From Candidatus Poribacteria bacterium (GTDB lineage Bacteria > Poribacteria > WGA-4E > WGA-3G), in the NCBI GenBank assembly GCA_022821495.1, contig JAJEDN010000130.1, positions 14,924-78,923 of the forward strand: 64,000 nucleotides of DNA. Reading direction: 5' to 3'. Below the pieces are notes generated by a model that was not told the DNA's origin, searched no databases, and saw nothing but the letters and a program-made list of their open reading frames with translations. The first letter of the stretch is position 1. Each line of letters starts with the position of its first letter. Of this stretch, positions 8,585 through 18,270 are shown piece by piece. The position numbers were made by a program, and so were the translations under genes.

Positions 8585-11257
8585 CTACGCAGACAAGAAA
8601 TTCCGAATCACGTAATCCAGAATCCCGCCGTGTTTGTAGTATTCCACTTCTACCGGCGAATCAATCCTGATTAACAACTCCGTCGTCTGTGTCTCACCGT
8701 TTGCACGGACGATCTTCATTGTCGCCATCTGTCCGGGCTGGAGATCGTCGGCAAATCCCGTGATACTGATAATCTCACTGCCGTCAAGGTTGAGCGTCTG
8801 CACATTCTCGCCTGCCTTGAACTGCAGCGGTAAAACACCCATACCGATCAGATTACTGCGGTGGATACGTTCGTAACTCTCCACGACAACCGCTTTGACA
8901 CCCAAGAGTTTCGGGCCCTTCGCTGCCCAGTCCCGGGAACTTCCCATGCCGTAGTCCTGTCCAGCGAAAAGGACAGTCGGAACACTGTTTGCTTGGTAGT
9001 GGAGTGATGCTTCATAGATCGTCGTCTGCGTCTCCTCTGGGTACTGAACAGTGAATCCACCTTCCACGTCCGGGGTCATGAGGTTGCGAACCCGGCGATT
9101 GGCAAATGTGCCACGACGCATCACACGGTCATTACCGCGTCTGGAGCCGTACGTATTGAAATCCCGCGTGTCAACACCCCGTTCCTGGAGATAGTGACCT
9201 GCCGGACTTTCTGCAGCGATTGCACCCGCTGGCGAGATATGGTCAGTCGTAACTGAATCTCCGAAAATCCCCAGAATTCGCGCATCTATAACATCTGAAA
9301 TCGGAGCGGGTTCACGTGAAAAACCTTCAAAGAAGGGTGGATGTTGGACATAAGTGCTGCGCTCGTTCCACGGATAGAGCACACCCGTCGCACCTGCGAG
9401 ATCTTCCCATTCGGGTGCTTGGTTACCGATCGATGCGTACATCTCTTTGAACGTCCGCCGATCAACCGCTGCACCGATCATCTCCGCAATCTCTTGACGC
9501 GTGGGCCAGATGTCCTTCAGGTAAACCGCTTCACCCGCATCGTTATGTCCAACAGGTTCCGTAGCGAGGTCGATGTCAATCCGACCTGCGATCCCGAAAG
9601 CGACGACAAGTGGCGGCGACATCAGGAAGTTGGATTTTATCTCTGGATGCACACGCGCTTCAAAATTTCGGTTACCACTCAAAACGCTCGCAGTGACGAG
9701 ATTCCGCGCTTCTATCGCCGATTGAATCACGTCATTCAACGGTCCGCTATTACCGATACAAGTTGTGCAACCGTAGCCTACAACGTTATAGCCGAGTGCC
9801 TCAAGATACGGTAATAAACCCGTATTCTGTAGATACTCCGTTACGACACGGGAACCGGGTGCCAAACTCGTCTTGACATGATCCGGGACCCGCAGCCCTT
9901 TTTCAACCGCTTTCTTAGCAAGCAATCCAGCACCGATCATGACGGATGGGTTACTCGTGTTTGTGCAGCTTGTAATCGCTGAGATAACAACGGAACCGTG
10001 GGTTATACCGTCGCTATCGCTTGTATCTTCAGACACGCCGAACCCATCTTCCGCGACAGGACGCGTCAGGAGTTCATTAAAAGTCTGTTTGACATCCGAC
10101 AAAGCGATTCGGTCTTGCGGTCGTTTCGGTCCGGCGACACTCGGCTCAATATCACCGAGATCTATTTCAAGCACATCAGAGTATTCCACTTCTCCGAGTC
10201 GCGGGATACCGAACAGATCCTGCGCTTTCAGATAAGCCTCTACCGTGTCAACGTGTGCTTCGTCGCGTCCGGTAAGACGGAGGTATTGCATCGTTTCCGT
10301 ATCGGGTGGGAAAAATCCGATCGTCGCCCCGTATTCAGGGCACATGTTAGAGATTGTCGCACGATCAGGGAGCGAAAGTGCCTCTACACCGCCACCAAAG
10401 AATTCAACGAATTTACCGACAACTGCAGCCGCTCTGAGACGTTGTGTCACAGTCAAGACCAAATCTGTCGCGGTAACGCCATCTTGCAATTTGCCTTTAA
10501 GGTGAACACCAAGGACCTCTGGCGTTAAGATATAGACAGGCTGTCCTAACATCGCTGCTTCCGCTTCAATACCGCCAACACCCCATCCGACGATACCTAA
10601 ACCGTTAATCATCGTTGTATGTGAATCGGTACCGACGACGGTATCCGGATAGGCGAGTGAATCCTCTGTCATGACGACTTTCGCGAGGTATTCCAGATTC
10701 ACCTGATGCACGATACCGATAGAGGGTGGGATAATATTGAATTTTTCAAATGCCTGCTGTCCCCATTTCAGGAATTCATAACGTTCCTTATTGCGCTCAA
10801 ACTCACGCTGGGTATTGAACAGGAACGCGTTTTCTGAGCCATACGCATCAACTTGAATGGAATGATCAATGACTAAATCAACAGGGACGAGCGGTTCTAT
10901 CATGCTCGCGTCGCCACCGAGCTCAGCGACAGCAGAACGCATCGCCGCAATATCGACGACAAGCGGGACACCTGTGAAATCCTGTGCCACCACGCGTGCG
11001 GGTTTGAATGGAATCTCTGCCGCTTCTGGAGAACGGGCATTCCAGTTTGCCAGGTTCACGATATCGGCTTCTGTGATCTGGTGTCCATCATAATTGCGTA
11101 GTAACGATTCAAGTAGAATGCGGAGGCTGACGGGTAAGGTGGATATTGAACCGATACCCGCTTCCGCTAAGGCAGGCAATGAATAATAGGTACACGCGAC
11201 ACCCTCGCCTTCAAGGGATCGGTGTGTATTGAACAGATTGTGAGCAGGGTCAGACAT
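8585..11257 (-). CDS. acnA: Aconitate hydratase A
   Basis: 890 aa. Fe-S ligand regions are canonical for aconitase/IRP ([29 protein letters not shown]). Confidence 0.93.
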   Translation of the reverse strand: MSDPAHNLFNTHRSLEGEGVACTYYSLPALAEAGIGSISTLPVSLRILLESLLRNYDGHQITEADIVNLANWNARSPEAAEIPFKPARVVAQDFTGVPLVVDIAAMRSAVAELGGDASMIEPLVPVDLVIDHSIQVDAYGSENAFLFNTQREFERNKERYEFLKWGQQAFEKFNIIPPSIGIVHQVNLEYLAKVVMTEDSLAYPDTVVGTDSHTTMINGLGIVGWGVGGIEAEAAMLGQPVYILTPEVLGVHLKGKLQDGVTATDLVLTVTQRLRAAAVVGKFVEFFGGGVEALSLPDRATISNMCPEYGATIGFFPPDTETMQYLRLTGRDEAHVDTVEAYLKAQDLFGIPRLGEVEYSDVLEIDLGDIEPSVAGPKRPQDRIALSDVKQTFNELLTRPVAEDGFGVSEDTSDSDGITHGSVVISAITSCTNTSNPSVMIGAGLLAKKAVEKGLRVPDHVKTSLAPGSRVVTEYLQNTGLLPYLEALGYNVVGYGCTTCIGNSGPLNDVIQSAIEARNLVTASVLSGNRNFEARVHPEIKSNFLMSPPLVVAFGIAGRIDIDLATEPVGHNDAGEAVYLKDIWPTRQEIAEMIGAAVDRRTFKEMYASIGNQAPEWEDLAGATGVLYPWNERSTYVQHPPFFEGFSREPAPISDVIDARILGIFGDSVTTDHISPAGAIAAESPAGHYLQERGVDTRDFNTYGSRRGNDRVMRRGTFANRRVRNLMTPDVEGGFTVQYPEETQTTIYEASLHYQANSVPTVLFAGQDYGMGSSRDWAAKGPKLLGVKAVVVESYERIHRSNLIGMGVLPLQFKAGENVQTLNLDGSEIISITGFADDLQPGQMATMKIVRANGETQTTELLIRIDSPVEVEYYKHGGILDYVIRNFLSA

Positions 11258-11347
11258 CTGCTAACTCCTTTAGTTTCATAAATGTTTTCTTATTATTTTA
11301 CCACAGGTTGAACCTGTATTTCAAACTGATAACCACGCCTCTGACGA

Positions 11348-13678
11348 CTACTGCTTCTCCTGCCTCTTCATGAGTTCGTCAAGTTGCTGGCGTGCATGCG
11401 CAACGATAACGTTTTTGGGGTAATCAGCGATAAGCGTGGTATAAGTGGAAGTAGCATTCGCAAAATCGGCGTTTTCTCGATGAATCTCGGCGATGTACAT
11501 CAACGCTTTCGCTGCCATAGGACTTTCTTGTGCGATAACTGCTTCGTAGGCATTGATTGCGTCATTATCTTTACCCGTTCCACTGTAGATATTACCGATA
11601 AGCATCCACACATCATCGACGATAGTGGCTTCCGGATAGACATCAAGCGTCCCCTGACACTGTTGTAGTGCCGCATCTGTCTGCCCGCTCAATAGGAGTT
11701 GTACAGCGGTGGCATAGTCCGTAAGCGGCACTTTAAAGTAATCTGGATGATTCTGGATGAGGACAATGCGTTCAAGCGCGTCATTTGTCAGTTTGTCAGA
11801 TTTTGAGATCTTGATGACAAGATTGTATGCTTCGATAGCCTGTTCAAAGTCACCCGCAAAGAAATAGGTGTCACCTATCAGTTTTCGGGCAGGGGCGCGG
11901 AAACGATTGGTACGGCTGGCGATCGGTTCAAGGACTTCCCGCGCGAGTGTATAACGTTTCAACAAAACATGGCATTCGCCTAAACCCAATTGGACTTCCG
12001 TTAATTGGGTGACAGTTAAGCGTTGGGTGAGCAACGGTTCTAAAGTCATCTGAGCAAACTTCGGTGCCCGAAGTCCCCGCAATTGCAACTGTCCCAACAA
12101 TAACTTGTCCTTCACCGAAGCATTTCCTGTGCTAAGCTGCTCTTTCAAAAGTGTTACCGCTGCATCCCACTGCTCCATCTTTTGGTAGAGTGCTGCAAGC
12201 TTGGATCGGGTGCTTCTAACGCGACCCCTATCGGTCGAACCTGCTATCAATGCTTTATAGAAATCAGTAGCAGCCTGAAAGTTTTCGTTACGTTCTAATA
12301 TCCGCGCGTATTTTTCAAGCGTTGTGTCGGTGTGTGCTGGATAAGACCGATGGAGATATGTGAACGTTTCCAGGGCTTGCGTTGCCTTCCCCGCATGGAA
12401 AAGGAGCTCACCCAACGTCATAACGATATGCGGATTATGCCCAGATTGGACTCGCTGCTGCTGAAGCACAGTGATAAGTTTCTCCCGAAGGGGTTGGTGT
12501 GCTGCACCCTCATAAATCTCAAGCATCTCACGCCAGATGAATTCTCTTTGATTCCGTCCAAGACCAATACGTTGTAGCGCGTCAATATAAACGTCTGCGG
12601 CTTCTTGAATTTTACCCTGAATTTTATATGCCGATGCTAACTGTGTATAAAGATAACTATCCTGTGGGCTCAACTGAATGGCTTGCTGATACGCAGCGAT
12701 CGCTTCTGGATACATTTTATGAGAGAGATAGATTGAGCCGAGTTGTTGATGGCGATCAGATCGCTTTAAGTTTCCCGCTACAAGCTTCTCCCACTCTGCT
12801 ACTGCTTGTTCGGTTTTACCGGTCTCGGCATAAAGTTCACCTAACTTCTTACGAAGATTGGTATTTTCTGGATGCCGTCTAATCGCTTCTTGATAGAGTT
12901 CGAGTGCCTTCGGATAATCATCTTGTTGTTGGTAAAGTTCGGCTAATTGTTCCAGTAAGTTGATGTCGTCAGGATACTGTTGCATCCGTTCTTGAATCAG
13001 TTTCTCAGCTTCCGCATAACGTTGATTTGTGATGTAAAGCTGAATGAGTCTGTTGGTTGCAGTCGTGCGGTAGGGTGAAGTTTGGAAGTTGTCAAGGAAA
13101 TACTTGTAACTTTCCATCGCTTCTTCAGATCTTCCCTCCGCTTGTTGGTATTGACCGACGAGATAGGCAGCTGTCGCAGCTGCAGAGGTGCCAGGATGTT
13201 GATTGAGAATTTGTTTACACTGCAATATCGCTTCCCGAAATTGATAGCGGTTCCAGTGAAGATTTGCCAAGCGATGTACCGCTTGCGTGGCGTAAGAACC
13301 GCCCGGGTTTTCATCAATAACCTCTCTGAAGATACGCTGTGCCGCGGCATCCTCACCCGTTTTGGCGTAACTCTGACCTAACATAAGGCGAATCGAGTCT
13401 TTTGGACTCTGGCGGAGCGGCGTATACGAACCATCAGGATTGGCAATACCTTTTTCAAGCAACGCTTCGTACGCCTTAATCGCCTCCGCGTACCGACGCT
13501 CATGGTAATGATCATGTGCCGCTTCAACTGAGTCTAACGAGGGATGAACTTCTTGGACAGTAGGGGCACGTTGAACTTGTGCGAAAGTGTATGAATTATC
13601 TGCGATTGTTATTGTGATAAAAAGCAGTGGTATTAGAACGGTAAGAAAAATGGCGTGTCGGTGCATCACGGTCTCCAT
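11348..13678 (-). CDS. Secreted multi-TPR repeat protein
   Basis: 776 aa. N-terminal hydrophobic signal or anchor. TPR-like A-x-x-x-Y/AxxxF periodicity runs throughout. Confidence 0.75.
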   Translation of the reverse strand: METVMHRHAIFLTVLIPLLFITITIADNSYTFAQVQRAPTVQEVHPSLDSVEAAHDHYHERRYAEAIKAYEALLEKGIANPDGSYTPLRQSPKDSIRLMLGQSYAKTGEDAAAQRIFREVIDENPGGSYATQAVHRLANLHWNRYQFREAILQCKQILNQHPGTSAAATAAYLVGQYQQAEGRSEEAMESYKYFLDNFQTSPYRTTATNRLIQLYITNQRYAEAEKLIQERMQQYPDDINLLEQLAELYQQQDDYPKALELYQEAIRRHPENTNLRKKLGELYAETGKTEQAVAEWEKLVAGNLKRSDRHQQLGSIYLSHKMYPEAIAAYQQAIQLSPQDSYLYTQLASAYKIQGKIQEAADVYIDALQRIGLGRNQREFIWREMLEIYEGAAHQPLREKLITVLQQQRVQSGHNPHIVMTLGELLFHAGKATQALETFTYLHRSYPAHTDTTLEKYARILERNENFQAATDFYKALIAGSTDRGRVRSTRSKLAALYQKMEQWDAAVTLLKEQLSTGNASVKDKLLLGQLQLRGLRAPKFAQMTLEPLLTQRLTVTQLTEVQLGLGECHVLLKRYTLAREVLEPIASRTNRFRAPARKLIGDTYFFAGDFEQAIEAYNLVIKISKSDKLTNDALERIVLIQNHPDYFKVPLTDYATAVQLLLSGQTDAALQQCQGTLDVYPEATIVDDVWMLIGNIYSGTGKDNDAINAYEAVIAQESPMAAKALMYIAEIHRENADFANATSTYTTLIADYPKNVIVAHARQQLDELMKRQEKQ

Positions 13679-13732
13679 TTCTATCAGGTGAAGTATCTAT
13701 AATACAGCCCTGCCTCTGTGTTTTGAACCGGT

Positions 13733-16700
13733 TCATCCAGATAGACAAGTGCTAACTAGCTCCTGTAGCGTTTGGGTTTCGAGTTCTGATTTAAGTTTTT
13801 TAACTTTTTCAGGATTTCCGAGTTTTACCTCGACTGCGGTGATAGCATCTTTTACAGCATTTGCATAGAGCGGCGTTGTTGCCCCGATTTCAGTGTAGAT
13901 ATGCTCGACTTTAAGGAAAAGGTGCAAACTCTGTTCTAATTTGCCTTCGGCGCAAGCCAATCTTCCGAATTGGTGGAGCGAATCTGCAATTTCGCTGAGT
14001 TTTCCGATTTTGTTGCGATGCTGGAGGCTTTCTATGTAATATTGCCTCGCTTCGTTATACCTGCCCTGACGAAGTGCTATTTTCCCAAGACTATCAAGGA
14101 GATAGGGGAGGTTTGTGCCAGAGGCAGAAAGTTCACGGGCAAGATGCAGGCTCTCTGTATAGTAGCGTTTTGCATCTTCATCGCTATTTTGCTGAAACGC
14201 AATTAACCCTAAATGGCTCAGCGAATAGGAACATCCCTGTTTATCGCCTAATTCCTGTTGAATCTGGAGGCTTTCGGTGTGGTAACGATGTGCTTCATCA
14301 TACGCGGTTTGGTGATAGGCAATCAGCCCAAGGTGATTGAGTGAGGTAGCGATGCCGCGTTTATCAGCAAGCTCTCGTCGGATTTCTAAGCTTTCGGTAT
14401 GATAATGTTTTGCTTCCTCACGTAACCTTTGACGACTTGCTGTTTTCCCAAGGTTATTGAGAGCATAGGCGATACCGCGTTTGTCGTTGAGTTCGCGTGC
14501 GAGACGTAAACCTTCTATATACTGGATTTTTGCTTCTTCAAAACGGCCCCGGTGGTAGGCAGTGAGTCCTAAATTATTCAGGGCGAAAGCGATCTGCCAC
14601 TTATCGTCTAATATCTTCGCAATCTCTAAGGCTTCCGCGAAATGTGTGTCCGCTTCATCAGGTTTTTCTTGATACCTCGCGATAATACCGAGCCGGTTTA
14701 ATGCTTCGACTACGCCGGGTTGATGCCCCACAGTTCTGAAAGTTTGCAGGGCATCTTTGCACAATTGCCAAGCGGTTTGACACTCCTGTCGTGTATTATA
14801 GAATCTAGCAAGGGCTACCTGAATATTAGCTATTGTAAGTCGTAGCAATTTTTCGTCTGTTTCTAAAGCAGTTCCCGATTTCTGGTTCTGCAGAAGGTAT
14901 TGTAATTCGATCTTCGCCTGTTTCAACCAAGTCAATCCTTCGTTCCATAATCCTCGGATGTAGAAAAACTGGGAAAGTGCAACGGCAAGCTGCCCGAACA
15001 AGAGCCATTCGGTATTCTCTCGTGTAAATCCGAAAGCGGCGCGGAAATTGTCGAGTTCAAGTGCCATTTCTGAAAGCGCATAGACCTGTTCGGGGCCCTG
15101 TAGTTTTTCATTTTGTTGTTGTGCTAACCTGAGATAATACCGAGCATGTGCCTCCCGGAATTCGGCAAGATGCTTTTCCCGCAGATACAATTGCAATGGT
15201 ACCGAGAGATGGTAGCGGGTTCGTGTCAGATGTGTTTCCGTAATAAGTAGAGATTTATCATGTAAACTAAAAATGATATCTATCGTCTCTATTTCTGCAG
15301 TCGGTGTCTTATCTGTTGTAAGGGGGCATACTGAACCCCAAATCATTTCGACGGCTTCCAAGAAAAATCCGCCTGAAAACAAGGCAAGCTGGCAGAGGAA
15401 CCACTGTTCATGTGGTTCCAGAAGTTCATAAGACCAGGCGATCACAGCGTTAAGAGTTTGATGTCTCATCGGTACATCTTGATTCCTCGTTGAGAGGAGT
15501 GTGGAACGTTTGTCGCTCGATGAGTCGTCGAGGGTCATCTTTAGGCGTTCGCGGATGTGTTGTGGTGTCATCCCTTGGACGCGCGCCGCGGCGAGTTCAA
15601 TCGCAAGGGAGAGCCCATCAACCAAGCGACAGATCTCACCAATCACTTCGGCATTGTCCGGTGTTAATTGGAAATTCGGTGCGACTGCCTCTGCGCGTTC
15701 GCGAAACAGTTGGACGCTTTCCGAGTGTTGAAGGACTTCATAGTCAGCATCTACAGATGGAATAGATAACGGGGGTACCCTATATCTCTGCTCGCCTGCG
15801 ATTTTTAACGATTCTCGTGAAGTGACTAAACAGTGCAGCTTCGGACACCGAAGGAGCAAGGTCTTGACATCTGAACTCGCTTCTATCAAGTGTTCAAAGT
15901 TATCCAATATTAATAAGAGGGTTTTCCGTGAAAGATATGTAATAACTTGTTCAATGGTATCCAGTGGAAGCGCAAGAACCGTTGCAATTTCTGTAATAAC
16001 GTGCGCCGGATGCACCAGATCAGCTAACGGAACGAACCATACCCCATCTGGGTAAGCGTTGAGGAGCTCTGTCCCCACCTGTAGGGCGAGACGCGTTTTT
16101 CCGATGCCGCCTGGACCAGTGAGCGTCACGAGCCGTGACTGTCCATCGGCAAGATACTTCACGATACGTCGGATTTCAGCTTCTCTGCCGATAAAGTTGT
16201 TCATTGGAGTTGGCAGGTTATTGGGGAGATTATCGAGCGTTTGCAGGGGCGGAAATTTACTTTCTAGTTCTGGAGTAGTAGAATCATCTATAGGTTTTCC
16301 ATGTTGCCCTTGCATTGTATTGTCTTGTGTCTGTTTCCCAAAGATTTCAGCCCATCTCTTTTCGCCAATAATCTTGAAAATAGAGGGCTGCGGCGCGAGA
16401 AACTGAAAAATCGCTTCTGGTCGTTGAATGTGCTTCAGACGATGCTCACCGAGGGCAATAAAACTTCCAGGCGGGAATTGCGTTTTGACAAGTTCATAAG
16501 TCACAGTAGAGAGCAAGATCTGCCCGCCGTGCCCGGCATCGGTAATTCGTTTAGCAAGGTTCGCAGCCATTCCGTGATATTGGTTATCTAACAGGAGCAT
16601 ATCTCCCGTGTGAATGCCAATGCGAACGCGCAAATGCCCGACTTCTTCATGCCACTGATGCGCGTTGAGTACCAACTGTACTTCAAGGGCGCATGTAACG

Positions 16701-16930
16701 GCATCCTTTGCTGTAGGAAAAACAAAGAAGAAGGCATCGCCTTCGTTGTGGATTTCCGTCCCGCCCCATGCCGTTTTTGCTGCTCGCAAAATCGCGTTAT
16801 GGGCATTGATAACCTCCGCCATGATCGCATTATCGTGTTTTTCCCAAAGCAGCGTTGACCCTTCGATGTCAGTAAACATCAAGGTAAGCGTTCCGACAGG
16901 CAAATGTGGCGGTGAATTACATGCTGACAC
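13733..16930 (-). CDS. STAND-type signalling protein: class III adenylate/guanylate cyclase + NB-ARC/AAA ATPase + TPR array
   Basis: 1065 aa. Cyclase motifs are FTDIEGST and NEGDAFFFVF. Walker A is LTGPGGIGKTRLA. The C-terminal TPR_12-like units repeat (NNLG/NHLG...Y..AL.I). Confidence 0.8.
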   Translation of the reverse strand: MSACNSPPHLPVGTLTLMFTDIEGSTLLWEKHDNAIMAEVINAHNAILRAAKTAWGGTEIHNEGDAFFFVFPTAKDAVTCALEVQLVLNAHQWHEEVGHLRVRIGIHTGDMLLLDNQYHGMAANLAKRITDAGHGGQILLSTVTYELVKTQFPPGSFIALGEHRLKHIQRPEAIFQFLAPQPSIFKIIGEKRWAEIFGKQTQDNTMQGQHGKPIDDSTTPELESKFPPLQTLDNLPNNLPTPMNNFIGREAEIRRIVKYLADGQSRLVTLTGPGGIGKTRLALQVGTELLNAYPDGVWFVPLADLVHPAHVITEIATVLALPLDTIEQVITYLSRKTLLLILDNFEHLIEASSDVKTLLLRCPKLHCLVTSRESLKIAGEQRYRVPPLSIPSVDADYEVLQHSESVQLFRERAEAVAPNFQLTPDNAEVIGEICRLVDGLSLAIELAAARVQGMTPQHIRERLKMTLDDSSSDKRSTLLSTRNQDVPMRHQTLNAVIAWSYELLEPHEQWFLCQLALFSGGFFLEAVEMIWGSVCPLTTDKTPTAEIETIDIIFSLHDKSLLITETHLTRTRYHLSVPLQLYLREKHLAEFREAHARYYLRLAQQQNEKLQGPEQVYALSEMALELDNFRAAFGFTRENTEWLLFGQLAVALSQFFYIRGLWNEGLTWLKQAKIELQYLLQNQKSGTALETDEKLLRLTIANIQVALARFYNTRQECQTAWQLCKDALQTFRTVGHQPGVVEALNRLGIIARYQEKPDEADTHFAEALEIAKILDDKWQIAFALNNLGLTAYHRGRFEEAKIQYIEGLRLARELNDKRGIAYALNNLGKTASRQRLREEAKHYHTESLEIRRELADKRGIATSLNHLGLIAYHQTAYDEAHRYHTESLQIQQELGDKQGCSYSLSHLGLIAFQQNSDEDAKRYYTESLHLARELSASGTNLPYLLDSLGKIALRQGRYNEARQYYIESLQHRNKIGKLSEIADSLHQFGRLACAEGKLEQSLHLFLKVEHIYTEIGATTPLYANAVKDAITAVEVKLGNPEKVKKLKSELETQTLQELVSTCLSG

Positions 16931-16960
16931 AGCATTGTCCCTCTTGATTTGGGTTTGGCA

Positions 16961-18163
16961 TTAAAGCATGGCGAGACTGGTGAGGAATGCCATGCCGTAA
17001 ATCATGCAATTTTCGTCAATATCAAATTGTGGATGATGACACATATTCACGATACCTTTCTCCGCATTTCCGGCACCGACCATCACGAAGCAGGCAGGAA
17101 TTTCTTGCGAATAGCAACCGAAATCCTCACCACCGAGTATCGGCGGCACCGGAAATATAAGATTGTCTTCGCCAACTAAGCCTCGCGCCGCAGATGTCGC
17201 TGCAACAACACAAGGTTCATGGTTATATGTCACCGGACATCCTTCTTGATACTTGAAAGTATACGCAGCGTTGTTGGCGTCCGCGAATCCCGCAAGGAGA
17301 CGCTCAAGTTGCTCTCTGACGCGTGTCTGCACCGATTTTTCGAGCGTCCGGACCGTGCCACCTATGAGCACTTGCGGCGGAATAACATTCAGGGCTGCAC
17401 CTGTAAGACCTTCTTGCAAGTTCGCATCTCCACCATGCAACTGCGTAATACTGACGACCGCTGAATCCAAAGGATTAACATTTCTTGCCACAATCGACTG
17501 CACGGCTGTCACAAACTGCGCACCAATAACAATTGGATCCACAGTCAGATGCGGAAACGCAGCGTGCCCACCCTTACCCGTGAGTGTAATCCGAAACGTA
17601 TCAGACTGGGCAAGCATCGGACCCACACACGTGGCGTATTCGCCGACACCATAGAGCGGAAAGACGTGGATACCATAGATTTCGTCAACATCTTCTAACA
17701 CACCATCAGCCATCATTGCCTCTGCACCACCCGGGAAGACCTCTTCACTCGGCTGAAAGACAAAACGAACATGCGTTTTAAGGCTGCTGCGGAGATGTGA
17801 GAGAATCCGCGCCGTTCCAATAAGCATAGCCGTGTGCGCATCGTGTCCACATAGATGTGCTTTGCCCTCCACCTTCGATTTAAAAGGCACTTCCGTCAAC
17901 TCTTGAATTGGGAGCGCGTCCATGTCCGCACGTAAGGCGATACGTTTTGTCGCACCCGGCACCTCTAAATCCCCAACGACACCCGTTCTACCAACACCTG
18001 TTTTGACTCGGATGTCGAGCGCATGCAACGCATCAGCCGCAATACCTGCCGTCCGGTGCACATCAAACCCGATTTCAGGGTGTTGATGAATATCGCGTCG
18101 GATGGCGACAATATCATTAAAATGGTGGCGACACTCTTGAAAAATTAGATCTTTATTCATCAA
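16961..18163 (-). CDS. M20/M25/M40 family amidohydrolase (N-acyl-amino acid amidohydrolase/hippurate hydrolase-like)
   Basis: 400 aa. Motifs ALRADMDALP, HLCGHDAHTAML and GGEDF are typical of the M20D subfamily. Confidence 0.85.
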   Translation of the reverse strand: MMNKDLIFQECRHHFNDIVAIRRDIHQHPEIGFDVHRTAGIAADALHALDIRVKTGVGRTGVVGDLEVPGATKRIALRADMDALPIQELTEVPFKSKVEGKAHLCGHDAHTAMLIGTARILSHLRSSLKTHVRFVFQPSEEVFPGGAEAMMADGVLEDVDEIYGIHVFPLYGVGEYATCVGPMLAQSDTFRITLTGKGGHAAFPHLTVDPIVIGAQFVTAVQSIVARNVNPLDSAVVSITQLHGGDANLQEGLTGAALNVIPPQVLIGGTVRTLEKSVQTRVREQLERLLAGFADANNAAYTFKYQEGCPVTYNHEPCVVAATSAARGLVGEDNLIFPVPPILGGEDFGCYSQEIPACFVMVGAGNAEKGIVNMCHHPQFDIDENCMIYGMAFLTSLAML

Positions 18164-18183
18164 ACCGGTTTTCCTTAGGTATA

Positions 18184-18236
18184 GGACTTACACATTTCCG
18201 TTTAAAGTCCCCCTGATAAGAGGGATTTAGGGGGTT
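18184..18236. repeat. Dispersed ~53-bp palindromic repeat, family 1 (ACTTAC[AG]CA box + CCCCCTGATAAGGGGG hairpin + ATTTAGGGGG)
   Basis: ggacttacacatttccgtttaaagtccccctgataagagggatttagggggtt. It is intergenic. Near-identical copies lie at 36725 and 56690. Confidence 0.85.
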
Positions 18237-18270
18237 AAAAATGCCGAGCCGAAAGCATATCACTTGCGAG

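Noticed and set aside
9341-10528. Several 86-176-aa plus-strand ORFs (9341..9814, 9939..10235, 9998..10528, 10245..10505) lie inside acnA.
   Set aside because: They are antisense shadow ORFs within a strongly supported aconitase gene. They have no motifs and no Shine-Dalgarno sequence. The same reasoning applies to the antisense ORFs inside htrA (23919..24491), the flotillin gene (32046..33562), the sigma-fusion gene (61331..61777) and the GNAT gene (50490..51195).
11303-11317. A short palindrome, acaggt-tga-acctgt, lies between the TPR gene and acnA.
   Set aside because: The stem is only 6 bp with a 3-nt loop and no U-tract. It is too weak to call a terminator.
13733-16930. I considered whether the cyclase domain marks a Pycsar/CBASS-type antiviral signalling system.
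   Set aside because: There is no adjacent effector gene with a cyclic-nucleotide-binding domain. The cyclase is embedded in a large STAND/TPR regulator typical of signalling proteins. The evidence is insufficient for a defence call.
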